Source: Rhodosorus marinus CCMP1338 | Lineage: Eukaryota > Plantae > Rhodophyta | Assembly: GCA_029953675.1 (NCBI GenBank) | Contig: JAMWBK010000013.1 | Coordinates: 558,001 to 622,000 of the forward strand | Direction of reading: 5' to 3' | DNA length: 64,000 nt | Translations under genes and position numbers: made by a program | Shown: positions 49,240-62,200 of the stretch, piece after piece | How the letters are laid out: each line of letters starts with the position of its first letter | Numbering within the stretch: the first letter of the stretch is position 1 | The notes under the pieces: generated by a model | The model's database searches: none | What the model saw: only the letters and a program-made list of their open reading frames with translations | Told to the model about the DNA's origin: nothing

Positions 49240-50300
49240 AGGATCCTTACAAACTATACGTCCTGGTCACCACCGCTCAGAAGCGTTCCTACCACCACCC
49301 GTCGACGCCTGCCACCCCCGCACCGCAACCCTCTGCCTTAAACCTCTACCTCCACAGCACAAAATCACCGTCCAGCTGCTTCAACTACTGCCCCCCCTCC
49401 CCTTCCCAAAACAGATACTCAGAAGAGCCGATCGGCAGACTACAGCTCCGCCCTTTCTACCTTATCAAACGCCTCTCCCCACTTTATATTTTGTCGAAAA
49501 GCCTCTTTCCCTTCCTCTCACCACCCACAGAGTAGACTCTACTACACCAACCCCACCCCCGATACCCCCCCAAAAAAAAACAAAGAAAACAATGCCAAGT
49601 CAAAAGAACCCAAAAAATATCCGAAACAATAACAGAAATTTAATATATATATATTTCTATTCTGCTCAAGAAATTGTCTGAAAACCTCAAAATTGTATTC
49701 AATAATTTTTTTTGTAAAATAGAAATGTTTCTTTGACTCAGTGGGGGTTGGGACTTGTCCAGCTCTCTTTACAAGCGCTATCGAACACGGCCAATAGGGT
49801 CAATCTGATCTTTTTTCTGTTGAAACTTATTGAATACTCGATTTCACTTTTAGAATAACTAATTAAAAGAAAACAACGAAGAAAAACTAACCTGGGAGAA
49901 ATATTTAACTCTAAATTATAAAACACTATGAACAATTGAGAAACAGAAAATCTAATACGTCATAAATCTATATTTTTCAGTTTACGTTCCGCCTCCCCAA
50001 CGGTGTAACCTTCCCACCCCTCTTTGGTTCCATATATCAACATATTTGCTCATATTTTTATCCATTAAATGATAACTTGGTTCTTACCGTGACTTTCAGG
50101 GCAGGTCATGGAGGTCATGTTGAAAAAGGACAGCTGTAGGATATTTATTTCAGTGGTAGAGGTTAACCACTGGCGAGTAGTTTATCCTTTTTTTCTTTTG
50201 TTTTTGACAGAAAACCAGATATTTTCAAATTCAACGGTGAATATACGTCATATGGGTTCTGGAAATCCTTAGGGTATATTCAGTATGTAAATTCTTTTTA
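49240..50300. other. Low-complexity island upstream of Alba (C/A-rich, then AT-rich and G/T-leaning)
   Basis: G-poor C/A runs at 49250-49640 followed by AT-rich homopolymer tracts. Confidence 0.65.
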
Positions 50301-52601
50301 ATTCATTTATGGTCCAATCTTGCATGGTTATATTGGATCTATTGACCCATCTTTTAGGTCCCAACGCTCCGCGTTTTGCTGAGATATTTTTCCCACCCCC
50401 GGGGGGTCCGAGTTTTTGGTACCAAACGAAGGCATTGGCATGGCCTCAGGCTTCTATGGGTTCTGGTTACCAGAGCTTTTTGACCCCTATGTGTTTATGT
50501 CATAACTCAATAGGTATGAATCCAAGCAAAACATCGTGTCGCACCCGACCCCCCGGTTCCGGATAAAGTCGCTTCTTGCTTGAGGGGTGTCCGTTCTGAT
50601 TAATTGGTTTGGAACTAGACACTTTTACCCCTCCTGATTTCCGGATATCTGGACTACCCCAAGTTAAGAAATTCGTGAAGTGAACCAGCTTTTGGGGGCT
50701 TCCCGGGGTCGCTAATGGAAGGGGGGAAATTGCGTGAACTTCGAGTTTTGGAAGTAATCATCCTTGTACTAAGGGGTTGCTTTTGAAAACGAAAAAATTG
50801 CTGATGTGCTTGAGTTGCAGTTTTCGATGTCCCAAGTCTGCGTGAGAAGTTGTGAAAGTGGAGAGGCCGCTGCTGGGTGGGAGGATATCTTGGCCAAAAA
50901 AAATATCCGAGGTTCAGAGACCAATGAGAGTCTTTGGAATATATCAAATGGATTTGGTGGCGGACCGCGTTGGCGAACAGGGAAGGGTAAGTGGGGGTTG
51001 GACTAGTAACAGAATTATCTATTTGTGTGGCTATTGGGACCAGTCCCTCAATAGGTGTCCATATGTGGAACGAAACGACTGGCGGTTCTCTTAAAACGGA
51101 GCGGGAGGTCCCGGCCGACATATTTCGGTTTTCGAATCTCATTTAGTGTGGAAGAACCGGATAGGCAGGCTTGCAGCGATCGATGAGATATTCTAATTGC
51201 GCATTGCACTGCGATAGGGGAGAATGAAGTGCTGCTGCGCTCGAAACTTTTCCGTCTAACGATGAGAGTTCTGATGAACAAACTTGGCTTCTCGATTGTG
51301 CTTGTTCCTGGCGTAACCGAATTTCCCTTTTGAGTGCGCATTGGCAGAAATAGCTGCCACCGGCCGGGCACTGTCTGGGTGGCGCTCACCCGAAAACAAA
51401 ATTTAGCAATTACCGTCAAAAAACTCCCGTCAAAAACGCCCGGGCGTGCTCATAGCGCTCTTTTCGTCATCATTTACTGGTAGAGACAAGCACCATAAGA
51501 GAAAAGAAGAAAGGCTGAGCGCCGAAAAGGGGTTTTTAAAAACTAAGGTCGTAGACGCCACCGAATAAATATTGGCGAAGAGAGGAAAAGGGAGTACGTC
51601 CTATCTATTGCCGGTATCCCCTCAATCATTCAAAAGACCTCGACAACGAGCGGAACGAACCAGTGCGATCGGTAATACACAGCCGATTTCAAGGGGGCGT
51701 ACTAGCGCACGTCGTCCACGGATCTTGGCCTATGAATGAAAGGGTTGTGACAAGGATGGTGGCGGCGATGATGACGATGATGATACTGGTGAGGAAAAAT
51801 CACAGGGCATGCACCATCCATTTGGAGGGCCCGCTTGTCTGGTCGTTTTGATCTTGAGCCGATCGATCAAATCACCGCAGAGATTCACTGACTCTGTGAA
51901 CGGTTGTGCAGTAGATGTTCTGGCATTCATATGGCAAGCTACGTTCGTAGCTTGTGGGAATGAAGCGACCGATATGCAAAAGGGTAGTCTGGGCATGCGA
52001 TGCCATTGTCAGATATAACTAGGTAGCTGGAGATAGCATGTATACATAATTGGCCGTTTCTAACCGGAAGAATTCTACAGTGGACGTTGATTTCAGTGCG
52101 AATCCCCTTCTCCAAACCAATTCGCAGCATTCATCCGCCGCTCTGAACTTGGCAAAGCTCAGCGGATAGATGTAGACACCAGCGATAGCATGTGCGTTAT
52201 CATCTTCAGGCGGTGAAGTGCTGATCCTCCGCAATTCCCGTGAGGAGAAGATCAACCCCGCACTTCCTTAGTTCTCGAGTTTGAGCTGGAGTCCTCCTTC
52301 ACACAACATCCGAGCCATCTGTGCGAACACAGGTTCGATAAAAGCCATACAATTCCATTGGACTCCTAGTTGTGTCCGCCCCGGACGAGGTGGACCGAGA
52401 GCGCAATCCAAGAGTGCCACCTCCGCCCAAAAGCGTTTCCGAAATGGTGCTCGGCAGCTAATACCCCTCGACTGCACCACAAGCATATTAGCGCAGGTTG
52501 GAGGGCAACCGGTGCAGGGAGCAAGTACTGAGCGGAGCGGATGAAAGGGTTGGTACTTGTCGCATAGGAAAGGGAGCTGCTAACAAAGATTTCGCGAAAC
52601 G

Positions 52602-54137
52602 ATGGGGGGGTATGAGGTGCCAGTGCTAACCGTACTCAATGATCTGCTGAAGGACGGAGCTGGAACTGCCCTTACCGAGATAACGGCTGAGGGATCCGAG
52701 TCATGGAGCTACTCTAAGCTGAAAGCGGAAGTAGAACGAATGCAAAAGTCCATGGTCGAGGCCGGCTTGTCAAATGGAGATGTAGTGTCTCTCATCCTTG
52801 TGAATTCGTTGGAGTTTGTCGCCGTGTTTCTGGCAACAACCGCGCTTGGTGCCGTGGTGGCCCCACTGAACGCAACTTATACCGAGGAGGAGTTTTCTTT
52901 CTATTTGGAAGATGCCGGCGCACGTGTCGTAGTAGTAACCCCGAGTGGGTTCCCCGAGAACGCTGTGAGGGCTGCCAAGGGTCTTGGCAAACCGATCTGG
53001 AGGGTTGGTCGGGAAAATTCGTCGGTCACTTTTGCAAGCGATCCAGAGGTCCCCATAGCTTCGAGCGACACGACTGGTAGTAGCCCGGAGACTACATGCT
53101 TGTTCTTGCATACATCCGGCACCACATCGAGGCCAAAGGGCGTGCCTCTAACGCATAAAAATCTATGCGCGTCGATTATGAACATCTGTACTGTCTACGA
53201 GCTAGCCGCATCAGACGTGACAGAACTGGTGATGCCACTCTTTCATGTGCATGGCCTGATGGGCTGCCTCCTTTCAACGTTGGCATCAGGAGGCGAAGTA
53301 ATCATTCCAACAGGTGGGAAGTTCTCGGCGTCCAACTTCTGGCCTGTGGCGAATGCCAGAAACATGACGTGGTATACGGCGGTCCCCACAATTCATCAGA
53401 TACTCCTCGCCCGATACACAGACGAGCAAACCATACCAAACTTGCGCTTCATCAGGTCCTGCTCAGCAAGTCTAGCACCGGCCGTGCTCGAAGATCTTGA
53501 GAAAAAGTTTGGGGCAAAGGTTTTGGAAGCTTACGCGATGACGGAGGCGTCGCATATGATGACCTCCAACCCTCTTAAGGGCGAGAGACGACCAGGTAGC
53601 GTCGGTGTCGGCGGTAAGAACGTCGAGGTGGGGATCCTCTCCGACGACGATGAGCTTGTGCCAGTAGGCGCGATTGGTGAGGTCTGTGTTCGAGGAGCCA
53701 ATGTCACGAAGGGTTACTTGAACAACCCGGAGGCCAATAAAGTTGCGTACGCCGGAGGTTGGTTCCACACGGGAGATCAAGGAATGCTTTCTGAGGACGG
53801 CTATTTGACGCTCACCGGACGTATTAAGGAGCTTATCAACCGCGGTGGCGAAAAGATATCACCCTTGGAGGTCGATGCAGCGCTTTTGGCGCACGAAGCT
53901 GTTGCTGAAGCTATATCATTCGCAGCCCCAGATGAAAAATATGGCGAAGAAGTCAACGCAGCTATAGTACTCAAGCCTGGCGCAGAGCAGCCAAGCCAGG
54001 AAGCATTCAAGGAGTTCTGTGCGGGACGGCTGGCCACTTTCAAGATACCCAAAAAGTTTTTCTTCGATACATCCCTCCCGAAGACTGCGACTGGTAAAAT
54101 CCAACGCCGTTTCGTCGCAGCGCATTTCTTGAAGTAA
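52602..54137 (+). CDS. AAE3: Oxalate--CoA ligase (AAE3/PCS60-type acyl-activating enzyme), single exon
   Basis: LFLHTSGTTSRPKGVPLTH, PLFHVHGL, TWYTAVPTIHQILL, LRFIRSCSASL, EAYAMTEASH, GWFHTGDQG, GRIKELINRGGEKISP.EVD, LPKTATGKIQRR.VA.HF. Confidence 0.9.
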   Translation: MGGYEVPVLTVLNDLLKDGAGTALTEITAEGSESWSYSKLKAEVERMQKSMVEAGLSNGDVVSLILVNSLEFVAVFLATTALGAVVAPLNATYTEEEFSFYLEDAGARVVVVTPSGFPENAVRAAKGLGKPIWRVGRENSSVTFASDPEVPIASSDTTGSSPETTCLFLHTSGTTSRPKGVPLTHKNLCASIMNICTVYELAASDVTELVMPLFHVHGLMGCLLSTLASGGEVIIPTGGKFSASNFWPVANARNMTWYTAVPTIHQILLARYTDEQTIPNLRFIRSCSASLAPAVLEDLEKKFGAKVLEAYAMTEASHMMTSNPLKGERRPGSVGVGGKNVEVGILSDDDELVPVGAIGEVCVRGANVTKGYLNNPEANKVAYAGGWFHTGDQGMLSEDGYLTLTGRIKELINRGGEKISPLEVDAALLAHEAVAEAISFAAPDEKYGEEVNAAIVLKPGAEQPSQEAFKEFCAGRLATFKIPKKFFFDTSLPKTATGKIQRRFVAAHFLK

Positions 54138-54449
54138 AATGCGTTCAGAAGTATTGTCGACGGCGTCCATTGGAATGATCTCCTTTCATCATACCTCCCG
54201 CCTATGGAAGCTTCTACTCGTTCCTTCCTTTAGAACAGCACGGAGCTGACGACGAACATCAGAAATCACAGCCTGAACTCTTCGTTAATATGTAAACAGA
54301 AGGTAGCACGTTGCAAACATCGTCCCGTTCTCAGCACGGCATCGCCCTTTTGATCACTTCGCCTGACACTTCCATTTCCGTCTCATCGCTGGGTCCAATG
54401 GAAATTCAAACAAATTCACCTGTGCCCCAGAGGACATGATCTAAACGCA

Positions 54450-55490
54450 TAAACTTCTTCCAAAAATTAGCTTACACTAAAACAATATATTATGTTCGTG
54501 AACCGAGTTTATTCTAGAACAATGAGGATCTAATCTACGTCTCTTCCACCAAATAAGAACAGAATTATATGAAATATTAGGATAGATTAGAAAACTGTTC
54601 CAAATTAACGACACATCAGCTGAGCTATTCCATGGCCAGCTTATGTCAAGCTCTATCTTAACCGTCTACACGATAGATTATTCCACAAGAACCTCATAGC
54701 CGCGTGAGATGAACCCCTCTCCGAATAGGAGCAATGATTGTTTAGCTCTCTTATCCTAGGGGGTGCTTGAAAATCCAAGTTCCTCAAATAGTTTTCCATT
54801 ATACAATAAACTGTGATTCCACGCAAGGTTTACCAAAGGACTTACGAGCGAGATAATTCGGCAAAATGCCGAAAAGGAAAAGGGGGGGTTCTGGAATCAT
54901 GAATTCGTATCGGTGAGATCCAGTCGCTAAGCTGCTGAGGAAAATATCTCGACTGATTGCACTGTATTAAAAAACGCCAAACCTCTGTATCGTTTATTCT
55001 ATAACCTGTATATAATTTTTTGTCCAAACTTTCCATTCTTCTTATACACATTTCACTCGGATTACAGAATAATATGATAGATACCATATGTAAAACGATC
55101 TTTCCAATGGGAATCCATATAGGAGCCATCAAACCCCCCAAAAAGTGACGAAAAGGGGAATTAAGATGAAATCGGAAGAGAAAACGTTGAAATTGCTTCA
55201 CATTTTTCTTGAGGGATTTCTCTTCTTGTTGGGCTTCTGGATGTGGTGGGCAACGCGATGTTTCAGTAGGTTTGTGAGTTTTATAATGGGGCAGCTGTTG
55301 GGAGGGTTGGAGAGCGGGGGAGGGGGGTGATTTTTTGTTTGGTCTGTTTTGTGGATTGTCTTGTATATTTGGTTTCGTGTAGATTCTGGTATTTGGGAGC
55401 TAAGTTTGTGTCGAGGTGTTTTTTAGCATAGTAGGGGGGAGAGGTTCGGGCGCTGTCGATTACTTTTTTTTTTGGTGAGCTTTTGAAGAG
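54450..55490. other. Low-complexity skew-switch island upstream of Snf7
   Basis: A/C-leaning to about 55145, then G/T-rich with G tracts (55296-55330) up to the ATG. Confidence 0.7.
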
Positions 55491-55496
55491 GGATAC

Positions 55497-56537
55497 ATGG
55501 GGCTTTTTAGTAGGAACAAGAAAGAGCCGGCTCCGGCCAAACCGGCTCCAAAGCCTACAACCGCGGCAGCGCCAGCAGCGGTTCCAAAGCCCGCCCCTGT
55601 GAAGCCGAATGAAACGGCGCTCTTGAAGGAGGATTTGGAGAGGAAGATTAAGGCCTTGGACAAGAAAACGGATTCGCTCACAACGCAGATTAATAAGGAG
55701 ATTGTCAAGGCGAAGGAGTACTTGACCGCTGGCGACAAAAGAAGTAAGGCTTGTAAACGGAGTTTTGCAAGTATCTGTGAAGTGTGAAATTGTATTGCAT
55801 TTGTTCATCATGCATTCTACATTCCTTTAGGAGCCGCGGAATGCATGAGGCGGAAGAGTAATTGGGAGAAGCAACGTGACAATAACATGGCCAAAATCAG
55901 AAAATATGAGGATCAGGTACGAGGAAAAGGCTTTTTGCGATTTCGGTCTTGTCTGCGGACACCCTTTTCATTAGCTCATCCCGGAAGGAATGCAGCGCTG
56001 AAATATCTACCCCTGTTTGTGTTGTTCCGCCTAGGTCAACTTGATGGATGAGACAGCAACGAACAAGACAGCGTTGGAGGATCTTGCCGCTGTCAACGAG
56101 CACGTTCAGAGGCTGCAGGTTGATCCTGATAGAGTGGATAATATTATGGATCAAATGAGAGACAACCAGATGAAGCAAGAGGAAATTAACCAAATTCTGG
56201 GAGAAGATACTGGTGAATTCTACGACGAGGATGAGGGGCTGGAAGAGCTCGAAAAGATGATGCAAGAAGACAAGGCAAAGGCGGCTTTGGCCGCGGATCC
56301 ACTTGCTGGCGCTGCTCCCGTAAGTAGACAGAGCCTACTTTGTTCTAGTCTTCATCCGAACCCATTATCCCGAGACTAACCACGATCTCCTCTCCTGATA
56401 TCTTTTCTTCTTGGAAGCAGGTACCTTCTCAGCCAATGCCCGCACCGTCATCCTCGGCAAAGGTCCGAGCTCAACCGCAGGCCGAGGAAGAAGACGAGCT
56501 TGCAAAACTAGAGAAAGAAATGCAGATTGGAATGTAA
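55497..56537 (+). CDS. VPS32: ESCRT-III Snf7/Vps32 (CHMP4)-family protein, 4 exons
   Basis: MGLFS start, coiled coil L.KK...L..QI.KE...AKE......KRAA.ECMRRK...EKQ, VDNIMDQMRD, DEDE..EELE, C-terminal EEDEL.KLEKEM. Introns at 55744-55830, 55917-56034 and about 56320-56420. Confidence 0.85.
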
Positions 56538-57661
56538 CCGTTTAAAGTAATACAACGCCTCCTTTTTTTTGTTTCGGCTTTTGCCTGCAACCACCTAACT
56601 CCGAGCTTCTCTGCAGAGCATGACCTTGACCATGGTCGCATGTTCTGCTGCCTGAACTTCTCTTTTTGGAAGGAGGGAGCACCATCTAGACAGCCGCGTG
56701 AATACGACCCTTTTGAGGGGAAGCAGCGGAATCAAATACCTCCTGAATAAGAGGGAAAAGCTAGCCAGAGACGCATCAGAAATCAAACTCTTCGTTGTGC
56801 GGGCAGGTTGTAGAGCAACTCCATTTCCGAGCCTCTGTAGACTTTGAAAGGCTAGTCGAAGAGATGCCAAGTCCACCCTGCGCTGACTAGCTGCGTGTTC
56901 CCGAGACAGAGCGTCATGGTCAGCAGAAGAGAAGGACCCAACCCCGAGTACATAGAGCAGTATCTTTTCGCTCTACAGGAGCTACGCAAGCAGCTTTCTC
57001 CGCCGCAGTTGCAGCAAACTTTGCTTCCCTTCCAGTCCCGCTGCTGCTGCCCCCAAGGGATTCCGCACCGCATGAAAAACAAAAACGCCAACCAGTCGGT
57101 CGGATCGGAAAACGTGGAATACCCAAAAATCGCTAGGTTGACCTTTAGATCGCGAGGCCTACTGATAACGCATTATCGAGTCAAACAAGAGCCAACTCAC
57201 CGCAAGTCAATCAGACCGAGCTGCTGAAAAATTTGTCGAAGAGCTCAGAAGCATTCGCGTACTACTCTCCACAGAGAGAGTAGCACACCAGCGATTTGTA
57301 GTACATTTTAAACCAACCCTGAAGAGAACTTTTTCGTCCTATCTACGACCGTAGAGCTGAGATGTTCGGAATGAGAGGGTAGGATCGGTTGTATGCTGAG
57401 TAAAGTTCTGGGGGACAGACATGCCTTTGGATTGAACGGAATGGAATGAGTTGTTTTTTTCTTGTATTTGTATTTACGTTCATAGGAGAATGGGAGCTGT
57501 AGGATTCTCGGTAGCATCTGCAGACTGAAAGGGGGGCAGAGAAGCCTTGAGTTGACTTGGGTGTGGATTTATATTTTCGAGCTGAGCTGGAGGCAGGAGG
57601 CAGGCGGCGGGTTGTTCTGTTTTGGGAGGGGTTTTGGATCTTGGGATAGGCTTGATTTGGA

Positions 57662-58293
57662 ATGGTGAAGAGGCTATTTCAAGAGTATGTTTATCAACAT
57701 CCGTGGGCGGTAGTAACGGAGGCGACATGGTTGAAATATCCCAACCCGTTTTGTCCGCATGTTTTGGATGTGGACGTGATAAGTCGCAGGGTCGATGATA
57801 ATGATGGGTTTCTTAAGACCAGGCGACTTTTTACCGCGACGAGCCCAGTTCCCAGAGGACTGAGGTGGCTTATGAATAGCGATGTCGCCTATGCCGTGGA
57901 GGATTCAGTGGTTGACCCCGTGAAACAGCGAATGGAACTCAACCTCCGTTCATTGACTTTTGGGGATATCGTAGAGTACGCAGCCACCTTTCCCATCGAG
58001 CATTGCGTTTGCGTCTAAAACCCCAGAAAGCTCAACGGAATTTGACTCGCCTTTTTTTCCCACTCTCTAGGATGAGGGAAACATCTACATTTGAACCGCA
58101 CCCTGAGAACTCAGAATGGACTCTTTTGAAGCAGCATTGGTCATGTGAATGGAAAGTTTCGACCGCCTTTGTGTCATCGCTGGAGAAGCTTTCGGTACAG
58201 AGATTTTTGAGCTCTGTGGCTAATGGTCGCCTGGCTGTCAAGCAGCTATGTCAAGACATCGAGCAGAATGAAACTCCAAATCATGTTTCTTGA
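57662..58293 (+). CDS. PRELI/MSF1/Ups-family mitochondrial lipid transfer protein, 2 exons
   Basis: YQHPW..VT.A.W.KYPNPF.PHVLDVDVISR.VD, KTRRL, EDSVVDP, F.PHPEN.EWT. Intron at 57976-58070. Confidence 0.92.
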
Positions 58294-58985
58294 CAAGAAT
58301 CCCCCTGAGCCGTCCAGCCTCTTCATGTGTTAATAGTAAACCCCTAATTTTGCAATTTACCATCAACTTCCGTGACCCCACCTACCATTCTTTAGGCTTT
58401 ATCCTCCCTTGCCCTTTCCAAGGTCGCATCTACTTGCCAGTTGTATGAGGATAAGTTCTCCATCCGGTCGTAGGATTTGGAAAGTCCCCGTCCCCACTTC
58501 TATATAAGTCCAGCATGTGCTCATTCCAAGTTTGTATCTCACAACAGGCGAATTCCTTCACAACCAGAAGTGTCGAGCAAATGGAAATCAATGAGGACCC
58601 AGGAGTAGCACCCGTGCTGAAGAGAACCAATCTTGTTCTGAAAGCGACACCATGCCTACAAGGACCGACGTTCCAAGGACCTTCTATGCTTGGGTAGAAT
58701 ATTTCAATCTTTAGTATACGACTCGGTGATTACTTAGCTGGGACTATTGTACAATTTGCGGATGGCTTGGCCTCTGCGTCCCAAATCAAAGGCGAAGCTG
58801 CAGTCTGTGCGTTAACGATCGGAAAATTGGGCAACGTGCTGGCTAGGTATCGGCGGAACCGTTTTCCACGCGCACAGACCGATCCATTTGTCACTCACCC
58901 TGGCCTTGTCCAATTATAAACTTCATAACAACCGGGTCAGTGCTCTCCCTTAGGAGTGCAAAGGTCTCTGTTCACGTAGATATGT

Positions 58986-61602
58986 TCAGCCTATGGTCTG
59001 GCGTTGTCGCCTCTTCAGATTCGTCTTGTGCTTTTCATTGCCTTGCTCTGCAGGTTTCGCGTCTTTCCGGTCCTGACCATTGACAAGTGGACTCTCACCC
59101 TCGTCATTGCTGTCGTGGAACAGCTTTCGTCTCTATACTCGAAACAAAGGAAAAACAACTCGTTAGCACTGGGCATCAGAGCGCTGTCTCAATCTAGGAA
59201 ACCGTAGAACTTACCACCTTGACTTCGCTGTATCTGCGCTTCTTGGCGCTCAACATCTCATTCGACGGATCTTCAATATCTTCAATACCTAGAACACCTC
59301 TTCGGACGGTTTGGTTTCTCCAATACTCTAGTACCGGCATAATCACACGCCCGCTCCTGCTAGTCCGTACTCCGGCCCGTTTCAGTAGGGATGAATCCGA
59401 GATCAGCTCTGATTCTTGCTTTTGGGGAAGCGTTTCCTCTGTGCACATTTTCCGATCCGATCTCTTTCTGCTCCTAGAAACTCCTCCAGAAGAAAGCTCC
59501 GAACCTTTGGAGAGTTTCGCGTGTGCTTCCGAGCTGGGAGCGTTGTCTATGCACGCGTTTCCTGCGCGTAAGGATTCGCGGCGGTGGTTCCGCGGACCAG
59601 GGAGATAGTAAACCGAGTAATCAATCCTCGTCCTCAAGCGCTCTAGTTCGCGGTTCCCGCTCCTTCGACTGCGCTTAGGCGGTGACTCTCTAGGCGCTGA
59701 TTTCACCTTCTGCATGGAAATCTTGCTGTCTTGGGTTTTCACTGAGCTCGTTCCTTCACTCGGTTTGAAACTAATCTTATCGACAACAGCTAGCTTTGGG
59801 GGAGTTGGCAAGGCATCAGCTGTCCTCTTTTGCTCCCCTGGAGTATCCGCATTGTCGAGCACCTCCCGGATATTCTTGTTGTCCTCTACGCTCATGGCAT
59901 GAGTAAGCCCTTCTTCAATTTCCACTGTGGACTGGTGCGATGAACTCGGCAAGAGAGTACGTTTCCTCGAGACCCCCTCAATTCCAGGAGAACCATCCTT
60001 TCGGGAAGAATGTTTTCCCCCAGAACCTTTCCCAACAGACGTGGACGTTTCAGTGGCATTGTCTACGGATTGGTCTCCACGATTGCCTGTCGCCAATGTC
60101 TTTCGAGAGTAACTACCTGCGGGATTGATACCAGTCGCAGCCTCAGGACTCACCAACAGCTGTGTTCTGTTCCTCCCTCGTCGGGGTCTGAGCTTAGCCC
60201 GAGGTTCAATATCCTGTTCCCGAGTCATGACTCCAGTGGGTCCAGTTTTCGCCGACCCAGAAGCGGCTGAATTGGTTCCAGTCTCCACTTCCAAAACTGG
60301 AGCAATCTGAGAAACCCTCTTACGCCCGCGAGAGGCTGCACCCGCTACCATCGGTACAAGAACGGGCCCATTGCTCGCGCGTTCCTTGCTCACTTCAGCG
60401 ATTGCGACTCCGACAGACAGGGCATCAACTGCCTTCACCTCTTCATCGTCATCCTGCGTACTCGACCCTCCGTCTCGAGCCGGGCTCTTCGCAGTCAACG
60501 GCATGGAATTGATCTCAACACCGGGAGCCTGATCATCCGTGATCAGTCCGTTGTCGTCAAGTGCTACATAGGTTGGCGCGCTGTATGATGAGTTCGCACT
60601 GTCGTGCACTTTCAATTTTAAAGTCTCGTTCTCGTTTCTTGACGCGTCAGCATCCTTCTTTGAAATTTGGGAACTTCTCCTACTATTCGCACTTGAGCCC
60701 TTGCCTGAAACCCCATTGGTTTTTGACATACTATTGGTTACGTCCTCGGCATTAAGGGGTTGGGACTCAAGGGGATGTGCTAGGCCCTCTTTCCTTGCTC
60801 GGGTATCGGGGACGGGCTCCTCAATCCCTGCTGGTACTGTAGACAAACACTTCACTTCGGGGGTAGGAGGACTACCGTCGGCATGCTCGGGGCGGTTAAG
60901 AATGTCAAGATGATCCGCAATGTTTACAATTTGGTGTGGTTGAGCCTCACAACCAACCTCCCTGGTTCGTGGTGTGAACGGCTCAGAAATCACTGGCGAG
61001 CTGGTAGGCACAGGTTGGCTGAACATTTCATCGTGATCTTGTTCCACAAACTCCAAGGTATTGGGCAACTTTGGAACTGCTGTTGTAACAGTTTTCGTTA
61101 CTTGTGCAGCCGGCTTCTCTCTATGAGGATTCCAACATAAAAGCCACACGTGAACATGATTAATCAGCGATCTCATGACAAGCCCATAACTCGATTCCAG
61201 CTGATCGAGCGGGTAGGTTCAGAATTGTCGTCGACAGGTAGCTTACCGTGTGTCTGTGGATTCTTGCTTCCAGGAAAACGCCATGTCCATGACAATCCGC
61301 TTCCATCCGTCATTGAAACCCTGTCTAAACAGCTCCATGACCTCCGAGGAAACACCTGAAGCCTTTGCAGCCTTTTCATCACAAGGTCCTACAAGTACAT
61401 AACAAGATCCCCGTTTCGTGATCACCTCTCGGGGCGACAACCTCCTCACGATGGGACTCGATTGCCAGGGCTCCTGATCCAACACGCCACGCTCAACCTC
61501 CCTCCTGCCCCGCACTAACACCTTCACACGGTCTCGATTGTACCGCAGGAACACATACCATTCCCTAAGGTAAACTTTCTCATCGTCCCGCTCTTCCTCC
61601 AT
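58986..61602 (-). CDS. KNL2: KNL2/Mis18BP1 centromere-licensing protein (SANTA domain plus CENP-C-like motif), 3 exons
   Basis: SANTA: YLREWYV...LVRG...WQSSPIVRR...VITKRGSCYVLVG...LFRQGF..GW. Long disordered middle, then RTSRSGRVIMPVLEYWRNQ (CENPC-k motif). The last exon after the GTAAGT donor near 59213 ends RQTIG*. Confidence 0.88.
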
Positions 61603-62200
61603 CACGGCATATTTCCATCAGCACCAAAATCTCCTTCACACCAAGAACAGACTCACCTTCGCTTCAGGGATCGAGCCAAAAATATCCGCAACACAAAACA
61701 AAACCAAAAGCCCTAGCTTGAGGTTGTTACAACCCCTCCCCCCCGCCCACCTCCCCCACCAGTCCTTGCTTCCTCCCTATCAATCCCAGCTCTTAACGAC
61801 AATAATACTTTCACGGCATGACGTCGCAACTCCAACAAAAAAAATCCAAAAAAGTGTTCAATTTATTTGATAAGAAGATAAATCTGAGAATGGAGTTCAA
61901 CGTCACGACGTATGCACTTTAGCGTCTTACATCGAGACGTCTTAACCTGCTTCTGTTTAGGGAAAATAGGACTCGATATTCTTTCAACAAAACAATATAT
62001 ATCCGTTGAGATTTATTTGGCCAATGTTCAGCAGCAGCATATCTGAGACGGAAAAGGCATTGGATTTGTAGAGATTCTATCCCGTGTGGAAAAAAATTGC
62101 AAATGGGTTGAAATTTTGTGGCAATTATTTCTGGATTTGAGAAAATTGCAAATCTTGAGGTGATACGGTAAGGGGGTTCATGCTTTCCCACTTCGTTGGG
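61600..62200. other. Low-complexity skew-switch island upstream of KNL2
   Basis: C/A-rich at 61600-61870, then A/T- and G/T-rich to about 62200. Confidence 0.65.

Noticed and set aside
50140-50180. tcagtggtagag resembles a tRNA D-arm and sits in a 6-bp stem (cagtgg...ccactg)
   Set aside because: No T-arm (GTTCRA), anticodon arm or acceptor stem follows, so it is not a tRNA.
56595-57400. Short ORFs between Snf7 and PRELI, and similar ones at 27280-27850 and 58430-58900
   Set aside because: These may be small spliced genes, but no coherent model or family could be supported by eye.
41446-61602. Apparent cluster of chromatin genes (ASH2L, Alba, KNL2)
   Set aside because: They are interleaved with unrelated metabolic and trafficking genes, with no shared orientation or motif, so this is probably coincidence.
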